Of a DNA stretch of 64,000 nt, positions 47,525 to 59,193 are shown in pieces (position 1 is the first letter of the stretch; every line of letters starts with the position of its first letter). The DNA comes from Eukaryota sp. TZLM1-RC (lineage: Eukaryota > Protista > Metamonada: BaSk clade), in the NCBI GenBank assembly GCA_040285825.1, contig JAUPSS010000003.1, positions 3,472,001 through 3,536,000 on the forward strand. Direction: 5' to 3'. The notes below the pieces were generated by a model. It worked only from the letters and a program-made list of their open reading frames with translations. It did no database searches and had not been told where the DNA came from. A program made the position numbers and the translations under genes.

Positions 47525-49497
47525 CTCAGAATTAATGGGACGAAATTCAGTAAACCAAGCTTACCTCTACAAAATCCTGTTCTGCTTGTTTTCTCGCCAC
47601 TGCTTCTCTTATGTGTTGATCAAGGGTAGTTGTCTACCTTACAAACACCATGTCGAAGGGATACCTCAACGGTCTAAGAGCGCCCCTGATTGGGCAAATT
47701 TTGAACCTGAGACCCAGAAACTTCCGGAACATGATATATACAAAAATATAAACATATCCTGGATTTGAGCGAAAAGCTACCTTCAGAGGAAGCAAACAAT
47801 GTGTTTGTAACTCCTTCAGTAGTGTCATTTCCAGGAAGAAGATTATCATCTATTCCGTCATCTGGACAAAATACACCAATTCCGTCAACTGTAGCGGTAG
47901 CAACAGGCAGCTCATCAGCACCTACAGCATCGAGAGATCCTCTTGTCTTTTCCACAGGCTTATATGATAAACCTGTAACCTATGAAGAGAAACTAATTAG
48001 AATAATCGAGGAAAGGAAAAGACTAAAGAAAATAAATAAAAACAAATAATAAATTAAAGAAACTGGATGATGGATTTGATTCCAAAATTTTTTCAACTTT
48101 TTAGTCAATTTCGCTAATTGGGCAAAGACTAAAAGAGACCGTGATGGACCTATTAGACCTTTCCAGCCTATCACTAAATACGGGCAACCTAAACACGAAT
48201 ATGATTTCCTTAGGACCATGTTTTATGAGATAGACCTCCTCCATATTAGCGAAATGATCGAAGGTACTGTCTTGTCACAATGGCAAACTTGTTTAGGAGG
48301 ACGCAAAAAACCTTTAGGGACAAACGCAACCGACCACGTGATTTGGGAATTTTTGTTATTGAGCACCCAATATAAGACCATTTCCGAGGTGAATCAAGCC
48401 TTGAGTGCGACAAGATACCCTGAAATCAGTCTAAAATCCGCCGAAGTCATTTGAAACACGTTTATAGAGCAGTTTATTTAAATAATGAGACGGTCAACGG
48501 AAATGCCGGTAACCGACGGTCAACCTTCTGTTGTTTTCCTGCTAGGAGGATCTTAGAAGAAATCAACAAGAAAACTAACGATCAATTAGTAAATACCTAC
48601 GGTATTTGGATTGATGAATTCCCACAAGGTGGCAGGGACGTTGTCAAATTGGATGACGCCATATATGCTCTTGGACAAGCCTTCGTGCAGAAATTGAAAG
48701 AATTTAATAATCTGGAGTTATCAATTTTGAAAATATTATTTGGTAACAAACCTTCGTTTAGGGGACCAAGCCAGTCAAGAAATTCCTCAAGAATGCACCC
48801 TAGAAATTCTAAGGATAGTGGTAAACCTAAACATCAACCCAAGCAAATTCTTCCTGGGCAATGGTGTAGCATCTGTAATACAGATAGACACGCTGAAGAC
48901 AAATGCTTTTCAGTAGTAGGTAGACCCGGCAACAAAAAACGAAGAGGTGGTCCAGGTGACAAGTGTAAGTTTTTTAGTAGTAATAAATCAGATGAATACA
49001 CATCTTTTAATATCAAGTTATTATTAATAACCTTACACATAATTCAATCAATACCATTTATAAAATGAGCAAAATGGATTCGAATTATAGACACCTAAAT
49101 CCATTAAAAAGATTTAGAGAGTCGTCCAATCCTGTGGGTTCTATCCACAGTGTTAGACTATCCAGGGAGACAGAAGACTAAACAAGGTCTAACGGGAAAC
49201 TTTGGTTGAACTGTTCAATAAACAAAAAAAGTACAAGGCGAAATCGATAATGGAGCTGCATTCTCAGCATTGTCAATAAATTTAGCCCTCAAATGTAATA
49301 TGACGGTCAATAACAATAAAACCGTCAAATACCTATTGGCAAACGGTATTCGCTCCACGACCCTAGGATGTGCAAGTGGTTTTCTGGCTCTCAATGTCGG
49401 TAACTTGGCCACTCAAGTGTTTTCAAGAATCGAACTCCAGATCATACCTGATACCAACAATTTTTTGATCGGAAGAGACTTATTACAAACCAGCACG
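47525..49497 (+). mobile_element. Decayed gag-protease of an LTR retroelement
   Basis: CSICNTDRHAEDKC knuckle, protease-like EIDNGAAFSA and FLIGRDLL. Confidence 0.7.
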
Positions 49498-51303
49498 TGT
49501 TGCTGTTACTGATAAACTAACCTAGTGAACAGATGAGGAATTCACATGATGACGTGGCACTTGTTCAAGAACAAGTATTTTTATTAATAAAGCTCTCTTT
49601 TCTTCTTTTCATCTTTAGTCTTTCTGCCTAACGGCATCAATAATTGTTGGCCCTCATTGCAGATGTTATCTACACTCGTATTACATCCATTTCTTGCTTC
49701 TATGGAAGTGGATGATGTTCTGTTGTTCCTACAACAGTGGAAGGTGTACTTTTCTATTACACCAAAGTCGGACCTTGTTCCAGCAAGGCTCCTTGTTGAG
49801 CCCTTCTTGTAAGTATCATTGGTTCTCACAAGACCTGGGGTTGATTCATCCGATGAGGTGTTTCTGAATCATTTAAGATCCTCCACCTCGTTTTTCTCAT
49901 ACGAGGAATTCAACTTTATGATCAGATTCGCCAAGGGTATTCTTCCATTAAGATTGCAGAAATTTCTGATTTCTCGAATTTGGGACGAGGTATTCTTCGA
50001 TTTTCCTACATTGGTAAATACCGCAGAAGATGAACTACCTTATTGCACGCGAGTAGCTTCTTGAAACAGGTCTTCAAAGACTGTTTTTGAAAATACTGAC
50101 TCTGTGCGTCAACCTGGTATGAAGTCTCGTTCATCCCATAGGTTTCCCAATCTGACTGACAAGACATGTTTCAAATGTCATCAGAAAGGTCATCTAGCTC
50201 GTGATTGCCCCTCAAAAGTTAAGCACGAAGTAAATCATCTACACCACGTGTCTCAGTATCTCGCAAATCCCCTATCTTCATTATCCTAAATGGTTTACGA
50301 AACTGTTGAAAGAAAATAGGAAGATGTTGTGATGTTGTTACTGATAAACTAACCTAGTAAACAGATGAGGAATTCACATGATGACGTGGCACTTGTTCAA
50401 GAACAAGTATTTTTATTAATAAAGCTCTCTTTTCTTCTTTTTATCTTTAGTCTTTCTGCCTAACGGCATCAATAATTGTTGGCCCTCATTGCAGATGTTA
50501 TCTACACTCGTATTACATCCGTTTCTTGCTTCTATGGAAGTGGATGATGTTCTGTTGTTCCTACAACAGTGGAAGGTGTACTCTTCTATTACACCAAAGA
50601 CGGACCTTGTTCCAGCAAGGCTCCTTGTTGAGCCCTTCTTGTAAGTATCATTGGTTCTCACAAGACCTGGGGTTGATTCATCCGATGAGGTGTTTCTGAA
50701 TCATTTAAGATCCTCCACCTCGTTTTTCTCATACGAGGAATTCAACTTTATGATCAGATTCGCCAAGGGTATTCTTCCATTAGGATTGCAGAAATTTCTG
50801 ATTTCTCGAATTTGGGACGAGGTATTCTTCGATTTTCCTACATTGGTAAATACCGCAGAAGATGAACTACCTTATTGCACGCGAGTAGCTTCTTGAAACA
50901 GGTCTTCAAAGACTGTTTTTGAAAATACTGACTCTGTGCGTCAACCTGGTATGAAGTCTCGTTCATGCCATAGGTTTCGCAATCTGACTGACAAGACATG
51001 TTTCAAATGTCATCAGAAAGGTCATCTAGCTCGTGATTGCCCCTCAAAAGTTAAGCACGAAGTAAATCATCTACACCACGTGTCTCAGTATCTCACAAAT
51101 CCCCTATCTTCATTATCCTAAATGGTTTACGAAACTGTTGAAAGAAAATGGGAAGATGTTGTGATGTTGTTACTGATAAACTAACTTGGTAGACAGATGA
51201 GGAATTCACATGATGACGTGGCACTTGTTCAAGAACAAGTATTTTTATTAATTAAGCCCTCTTTTCTTCTTTTCATCTTTGGTATTTCTGCCTAACGGCA
51301 TCA
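49498..51303 (+). mobile_element. Tandem gag-only miniature LTR element (LTR-int-LTR-int-LTR, 832 bp period)
   Basis: 142 bp LTRs at 49498-49639, 50330-50471 and 51162-51303 (TG...CA), 4 bp TSD CACG, purine tract, internal CFKCHQKGHLARDC. Confidence 0.92.
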
Positions 51304-51499
51304 CACGGTTTCATCATTAGTTTAGATCGCGAGCATATATTTTTTTTACTATTTCGACAGATTCAAATATGTTATACTATCCAACAGGGTATTTTATATT
51401 ACCCAACAGATTCATCTCAAGTCGGTTTCCCGTACAACCAAAAAAAGTTGGGTTAGAAATTAAAACATCTTTTTTCATTGTTCATTTTATTTTAATAAA

Positions 51500-52010
51500 A
51501 TTTCTGTGATGATTGAAAAAGTTTTTGATTTGAGTTGAAGAAATTGAATTCACATCTTTTTAACAAAAAGGTGACATGAAGCTGATCGGGTTATATATAA
51601 GCCTTAGGGTTATAGCCTTGCCCTAAAAATTTGGCAAAACTGGTGATTACATTCTAGTGAATGGTGATTGGACTAAAGATTCCGGTTTTAAAAGGAAAGG
51701 AAAGTACCCATCCAAAGGTAGAAGTATAAGAGAAGTATTGAGACATGCCACTTACCCTGTATAGTTAATGAAACATTTACTTCAAAAAAACTTTCATAAC
51801 CGTACTAAGAAAAGTTAGGGTGAAGATGGAGAAAATGTAAAAACTTTATAGAAATATGATAATCCATACCTTACAAAAAATTGAACTCAATGAGACTGGA
51901 GATTCATTTCAGAAAGAAAAATTGGAAAAGGAAAGTTATTCAGCCAACGATAGATAGTGAATTCTGACACGATATAGTGCAAAGTTAATAATTAATCAGC
52001 AAGTGTTGTA
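51500..52010 (+). pseudogene. Heavily decayed Fanzor1 C-terminal remnant D
   Basis: Not in the ORF track. Reads KFGKTGDYILVNGDWTKDSGFKRKGKYPSKGRSIREVLRHATYPV, then VNETFTSKK (RuvC-II), then KCKNF..NPY and VNSD. Confidence 0.7.
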
Positions 52011-52092
52011 CTGTGGACAATTAGTCTAGTATGTAATAAACTTCACTAATAATGGTTTTTGCAAGGACCAGTGAATTTAGTAATATTTATTA

Positions 52093-55000
52093 GGGTTAAA
52101 ATATCAAAATACCCCTGAAACGAACTTCAGGTTCTATTACCCCTCGCTTTGAGCGTGGTGCTTATGGACATACATCGCCTCTCCTATACTGACCTCAAAT
52201 TCGGTTGTAAATTTTGAGGACCACAAAAAAAGAAACTTATACGACTGTATTGTTTAAATGACAACGCTGCTTTTAAACTAAAGAAAAGCGAACACAAAGA
52301 GAAAAGGGCAATCTGCGAATATAAAAACTGTACATTTGTGTGTTATGTTTCACGTTTTCAAAAAAGTGCTTATTGTTGGGTCAATATAGGCATGCATTAG
52401 GTAATGAACTACAGATAACCAGAAACGGGTAGTTTATCACAGCGGGTGTGAATAATCAAGGGAAAATTATACAAAAGTCTAATTGAATACGTGATGAGGT
52501 GGCAACACGTGATAACTGTAAGTACATATAACTGATTAGATATGGCAAAAAGCCAACACTACCTCTTCTTTCTTCTTTTGCCTCTTTTTCTGGATTTATC
52601 GAGGTTCAACATTTTTGTATATCGTTATAGGCTACAGTATTTTCAACAGTAACTACAGGTTGAGTCGACTGAGTACCATCGGATCACAAAATGATGGTTT
52701 GGTTATCAGAAATATCTAAGATAGCGTCGATAAGGAGTTCACCGGCGTCAGCGGCAACGTAGGCATTCAGTATTTTATCGGGAAAAGAAAACAGACAGGG
52801 TTTGACAAGGTGTACAGACGTTTTTAGTTGAGAACGGGTTACAGGGTTCTCTACAATAAGCGAACTACGGGTAAGTATTAGTTTAACAACATAAGGTCCG
52901 GCGAAATGGCCATGGAGTTTGTCAGGGTGTTTTCGGAGGACAAAAACTCGGGAAACAGGTTGGGGTTTGAACTTAGGTTCAGGCAGGTCATCTGAAGGCG
53001 GAGTGTTGATCGGGACAGATTTTCACTTTTCCTTGATAGTTAAGGAATGCTTAGACAGGAAGGACATATAGTCTGGGATATCAGGTTGGTCAGGTCTTGG
53101 ATCTAATAATTTCATTACCTCTATAGGAAACTTCCTTGAGAGAGACATCGGAGCCAAAGATGAGTTCATAGAAAGTGGCATTAAGAGATCTTTTGTAGCT
53201 GCTGTTGGCAATTATGTGGCAGAATGGAAGGTAGTCAGACCAATTGTCGTAGTCTATAAAATCGAGCAGGATTTTACGGAGGTTCTGTAAGATAATTCTG
53301 TCTTGTCTTTCAACAAGACCATTGGATTAATGGAAATGGGGAATAGACGTAGGGTGCGTAATATTTAGGAGCTGACAGAGGGAGTCGAAGACAGCGTTAC
53401 TGAGTTCAGTTCCATTATCGGAATAAATAAATGTGGTAGCACCAAATATAGAGTACACATGAGTTAGAATCGCATTGGCAACGGTTATTGCTAATAACTG
53501 ATTGTAATGAGAGAGTACATTTTATTACTATAAGTTCCATCTGGCAGTTGTCTTGGAAGAACTACAGCTTGGCGTTCTCTATCATAGAAGGCTAATTTAT
53601 AGTTATAAACTACGATGTCTAATGGCTTAGCTACTCGGATGTAGTTGTAAATAGAGAGATCATCTAAAAGAGAGCGGTGTACACTATCAACGTGTGAACA
53701 GAGATTACAGGAGAGGAGTTTTTGGGAGAGGAAATAGCCATTAGAAACAGGAGTCAACAGCTGCTTTGTAGCTGGACTATTATCAACTTCTTGGTGTCCA
53801 TATTGGTATGTCACCACGGAATGAGGGCACGTATTGCCTTCATCGCATCAATAATAAAAGTAAACAAATGATGGGTACACCAGGTATTCAGGGAGTGACT
53901 CGGTGGGAGTATCTCAGATCAGCAGCGGTCGGTGAGTGTTAGTGGCAGCACCAGAGATAGGAGGATGGACATAACAGGGAATGGATAAACCGGCGTTTTC
54001 ATCTCCTATTAGTTCTTGCATTTCTAATTTATGTTCTACATCAGTGTCGGACCAGGATCGGGAGCTGAGGAAAGGAGAATACAGAACTTCTTCGTAGATT
54101 TCGTCATAAAACTGGAAGCTATATTTAGAAAAAGGAATTGGGCTTTGTTGACTTGGATTCAAGATTTTGAATCTTAAGAACTCGTTAATAGGCAAAGTCA
54201 GAATATCATTCTCGGTGAATTTATATAAATTGTCACTAACAAATAGGATTTCTGAATTAAGAAAGATATCAGAGGCGTGATCAGGAGAAAAGGGCACCAT
54301 TTCGAGTGGCAGAGGTGCTAAGTGAAGAGGGGCAATATTGTTGATTAACTGTCCTAGGATAACACAAGCTGGAAAACAGTTCAGTCTAATGTAGAAGGCA
54401 TATGGGGGGATCACTTCAGGGAGGTACGATCGAGCAGGGTATGTAGGATCGTAGAAGTATAATCGGTTATTTCAATCACCATGTTGGATAATGTCGGCTA
54501 TTGGAATAAAGCGGTTATGGATTTTTGGTTGGAATGGAATATCATGATTCATACAAGACACATGGGCGTATGGATCATTGGATTTGGATAATGGGAAAAC
54601 GTGTTGGTATATAAAACACAGGTCAGTAGAGAGATTGAAATTATAAGAAGCAGTTCCATTATAGATATTCTCTACATCAAGTCTGTCGAGTAAGGAGAAA
54701 TGTTAAAGGGAATTCAAAATAACAAAGAGATCAGCAACGGAGAGAAGAGCGGTGGAGGTAAGGAGTCTCTTGGCGTCTAAATTATTTAGGATATACCACG
54801 AAGGTGGTGTGTCTCTGGCTAGAAGATAAAAGTATGTTTCAATGGGAGAGAAGGGGAAAATTTGGCTAGGAGCAGAGAAAAAGTATCGGGAGCTGAAACA
54901 GATTAAAGGAGTCAAAATGAAGGGAAGAGTAGCTTGCGAGATATTAATCTTGTCTATTGCTGGGGAACAAAGTTCATTAATGTGGGACAAACGGTTATCT

Positions 55001-56700
55001 GGATTGAGGTTTCCAACTTCAGTATAATACTTGTCATCAAGAACTTCACTAAATCGGGCTTCACCGGGGCAATAGTGGAAACCATGTCCGGTTTGGCAAG
55101 GATATAGCAGAGAGAGACAATCGGGGTTATAATAGGCTGCCATTTTTAAATATGATGCAGTCCGTAGTCTGGCTGCAATTTCTCTTATTCGATCGTCAGG
55201 ATCATAGCTAATTATTTGATGGAGGGGAGTCTTACTATCTTCAATAGTAATCAGAGAGTTTAGTTTCGGGGAAAGTTTTACGTTAGCAGTTCTGGTCTTC
55301 CTCTCCTTTTTTTCTTCTACTAAAAAAGAACGGGATAAGTAATCGGCCCAATAATTACTAGGTCCATTTACTTGGACGCAGTCAAATCAAAAAGACTGAA
55401 ATACGGGAATCCAACGCAGAACCACACGGTTGGAGTCGGGGCAGGAGAGCAGGAATAATAGATTTTTATGGTCACAAAACAATGTAAGATGTTTAGTTTT
55501 CAGATAGGACTAGAGGTTTAGCTGGTTAAGGGTCATGACAATGGCGAATAATTCTATCTGTATTGTAGACCTTCTTTGCTGGGAATGAGTAAGTATTCTT
55601 GAATAAAAGAAAAGAGGGGCAACATTTCTTTTGGATAGGCAGGTTCCAGACTCGGAAGGGGACAGTTCTTTCCAGATGATTCCGGCGATGCCTTTTTCGA
55701 AAGCATCGGTAGAGACTAATATTGGAGAATTATCATCAGGAAACTCCAGGGGAACACTGCCAGCTATTATTTTCTTAATATTTTGGAAGCACTCAAATTG
55801 TTGCTGGTTCAAGGAGATTTTGAGGGTGTTCCTTTCAGCAATTCGGTGAGCGGATTCAAATTCAACGCGAGCACAGAAAGTGCGGTCAGCATTGCGTAGA
55901 ATTGAAGCAACTAGGCTTGAATTACTCTTAGGGGCCACAGTAATTATTGTTGGGTCAATATAGGCATGTATCAGGTAATGAACTACAGGAAAACGGAAAC
56001 GGGTAGTTTATTACAGCGGGTGTGAATAACCAGGGAAAATTATGCAAGAATCTAATTGAATACGTGATGACGTGTGTTACGTGATAACTGTAAATACAAA
56101 AAGCTAACTAAATATGGCTAGAAGCCAACATTATGACAGTATTTGAACTGTAAAAGTGTTAATTCAACACTCTTTTCAAAATTTTGACAACACAACCTCG
56201 AAAACACGAGCAACACCTGGTAAGTATTTGGCATCGTTGCCCCTAGTGAGATTAACAATTCTTGATAATATATCTAAACGAACTATGTCACTGTTACGCA
56301 TTTTAGAATACATTTTTAAAACAAAAATCAGCAAGCACACCGTTAATACGGTTTAAAAATTGTGTAAGGTTGCCCTTTTAGGATCTGAGGAAGACAATTT
56401 CAAGCACCTACCTACGCACTTTGAAGAACTGGTTGCTCTACATCCAGTAATTCATTGCCTTATTGAGTTTAATGGCTTACAGTTTTCTCGATTTTTTCTA
56501 GCCTTGAAATGATCTATTGATGGGTATAAATATTGCATAACTACTGGTGCAAGTTGATGGTACTCACCTTCGTACACAGTACAAGCAAATTTTATTGACA
56601 TCTGCGTCATTGGATGTAATTTTGTGGGTTAAAAATACAGTGTATTTGATAAATGTATTTGAATATATCATTGTTATTGGAAAAGGTGATTGTGAAAATC
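52093..56700 (+). mobile_element. Mutator/MULE transposon remnant split by an LTR element
   Basis: Mu-type terminus GGGTTAAAATATCAAAATACCCCT, MuDR N-domain (FKLKKS...AICEYKNCTF), FSRFF and VDGTHLRTQYKQILL after 56131. Confidence 0.75.
52374..56130 (-). mobile_element. Internally deleted Ty3/Gypsy element, same lineage as 10897-17212
   Basis: Diverged LTRs at 52374-52558 and 55948-56130, TSD TTAT. The gag start is fused to RH (STDAFEKGIAGIIWKEL), followed by a long insert, IN core (SDNGTEL, NGLVERQ) and PPT. Confidence 0.9.
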
Positions 56701-56719
56701 AGTCATCAAATTCTTCACT

Positions 56720-57520
56720 TTTTGTAACCATTGTACCACGAAGATTTGGATTGTGTGCCACTAATGAAGCATTTGTAACAAAAATGAGATAATATTTGAA
56801 TATTCCCATTAATCAATTGTTATTTTAAAGAAAAATGTATTTGTTCGAATTCACCACAGCTCACTTTGCGTCATGCTCTGAATTGTTCTAAACTGATAAC
56901 CTTTCGTTCTTCATTACATGATGCTGTTAGAGACACTGTTTTCAATATGGCACGAACTGCAAGAATCTCGTGTATCAAAGAGCCTCTGCTGAAAGAAACA
57001 TTGTCATTGAATAATTTTGGTTCTGATATCAGAAATGATGTATACTGTAATTGGATTGAGAACTCTGAAGCTGTTGTTGATTTTGTCTCCTGGAATGTTG
57101 CAGATGACACTTTGGTTCAAAGAAGAAAACTTAATCTTGTAAGCGCTCTTGAATTTAAAGCTAAAGAAAAACATAGAAAATATGACAAAGATTTCGAAGA
57201 AGCTAATGCTGATAGAAATAGACCACTTGTTTTTATTGCTTTTCCATTTTCGATAAACGGAAGACTATCAGTAGAAGCAGAAACTTTTTTGAATGATTTC
57301 CAAAAAATGGTTCAAGAAAAAACAATGAAAGATTTGATATCTTTTTATGGCGCTCTCGAATTTAATTTGCCATTAGTAATAGATAACCTTGGTTTTTCAA
57401 TCGAATTAGAGAAGCTTTAGCTACACAGAAAGCAGATCAAGATTTTGTAGATAAAATTTTGGTTCAATGAGTTTCGTCCCATTGATTATGAGTTAATTTT
57501 GTCAAGTGTGTAAGTTTAAT
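56720..57520 (+). mobile_element. RLE non-LTR 3' fragment (second subfamily)
   Basis: HALNC...HDAVRD...IKEPLL...KHRKY...FPFSINGRL. Confidence 0.8.
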
Positions 57521-58462
57521 AAGTTATTGTGGTGTTGATTTTGTAATTTTAATTTCTTTTGATTTAATTTATCTAATTGTTGTTTCAATTTTAATATACA
57601 ATGTCTAATTGATAAGGTATAACAAATTCTTTTAAGAGTAATGTTGATATGATCAACTAACTGATCATATCGAGGGTCGCCTGGAGTTGATCAACCCATT
57701 CAAAGTTGCGGAAGCGTCTATCAACGACTTAACCATCATCACCCATCATGCAACGCTATTCTTTGCCTGCCTTTTTCACTGTTTCACCACCTGTTTCAGA
57801 AACTACTTCACCACCTACTACTCTACATTGATGTTCTTTGATTTCAGATAGCAATGTTGTTCATCCTTCAAACAAATGACCATTATCTCCAGTTGCTGAC
57901 ACAACAAATACAATACACCGACACCACTTGATTTCGACAACTATTCACACAACACGGAGCAGAACGCAACTATTCAGATTTCAAAGTTGTATGTACCAAA
58001 GAAAGAAGAAGAAAGAGTAGCCAAAGAGTCAATAACTGGGTATTAGTGAAGCATCATGTCAAAGGAGAGAGGGTTCCTTCCAAAAAGTGTTTTGAATGGC
58101 AGCCAGAACACGCACATGTGTCTGTGTTTGAGTAAGATCATCTTGAAGTAACAGATGAAAAAGTAGAAGACGATGTTGAAAGTGAAGTGGTGCAGATAGA
58201 CTAGGAATTTTATTAGTACCAGGTGCTCATCTGCTTGATTGATTGTATTGTAATGTAGTTTCTGCTGAGTTTCTACCATAAATTGATTTATTATCAAAAC
58301 AATAGTAATTATAATAATGTAATTGAAGCATGAACTTTACCTCAAAATTTCTTAAGATAAAGTAAAGTAAAGTACTTTAGCACTTTAAATTTTACTGAAG
58401 CTTGGGGGATTATTATTCACAAAAACTTGGCCCAACTTTAATAGGAACACATCAAATAGCTG

Positions 58463-59142
58463 ATGTCCTTTCTTTTCACTGTAATTGCACGTAATACAGA
58501 TGGCCTTCTTCTCTATGGTTCAATGGACCAGACTTCAAGCGAACTTGACGAGTTTCATCAACGAGCTAAGCAAATTATCAGTTCTCTTCGCTCCACAGAT
58601 CCCAGCCAATGTTCATTGTCTTGTACTAACTATCAATTCCAGTATGTTTCTCTAATTTCTTTTCTCATACAAGCTATGTTATTTCGTCAAATGTTTGTTA
58701 CCTGGTTCTGACTCACGTATCCTTTCAAAGAAGTCTTGCTTTCTCCTACCTAGAAGAAGTAAAGCAGGCCTTTGAGAAAACTTATGGTCCACGTGTTTCC
58801 ACTGCAAGTCAATCCTATGAATTTATAGCATTTGACACCTTACACTCCTCTATTAAACGTCAATATTCCGACATTCATGCCAGTTCAAATGTTCAAAAAG
58901 CAAGACAGAACCTTGAAGAAGTTCGTCGCATAATGACCAAAAACATTGACGAACTTCTAGAAAGGGGCGATAAGTTTGATTACCTCAAAGCGCAAACAAC
59001 AAGTCTTTCTGAAAGTGCAAGGAAATACAAGGCACAAAGCATCAAAGTGTGGAGACATCTGTTGGTGCAAAAACTTACGCCAATAGTTGGTTTTGTTTTA
59101 GTGATTTCTACATTCTGGTTTATAAAAAAACTTCGAAGGTAA
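58463..59142 (+). CDS. SEC22: Longin R-SNARE Sec22; intron at 58642-58673
   Basis: TVIARNTDGLLL, LAFSYLEE, SYEFIAFD, MTKNIDELLERG, C-terminal TM. The 32 nt GTATGT...CAAG intron joins the frames. Confidence 0.9.
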
Positions 59143-59193
59143 TCAAATATAATTTTAAATAATTTATTACATTACATATACAAATATGGTTAA

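Noticed and set aside
52093-56700. Fanzor D as cargo of the adjacent MULE
   Set aside because: The Fanzor remnant lies outside the Mu-type terminus, which faces away from it.
57650-58300. Possible gene or element interior left of the TAAAGT array
   Set aside because: No coherent ORF or matching left terminus was found by eye.
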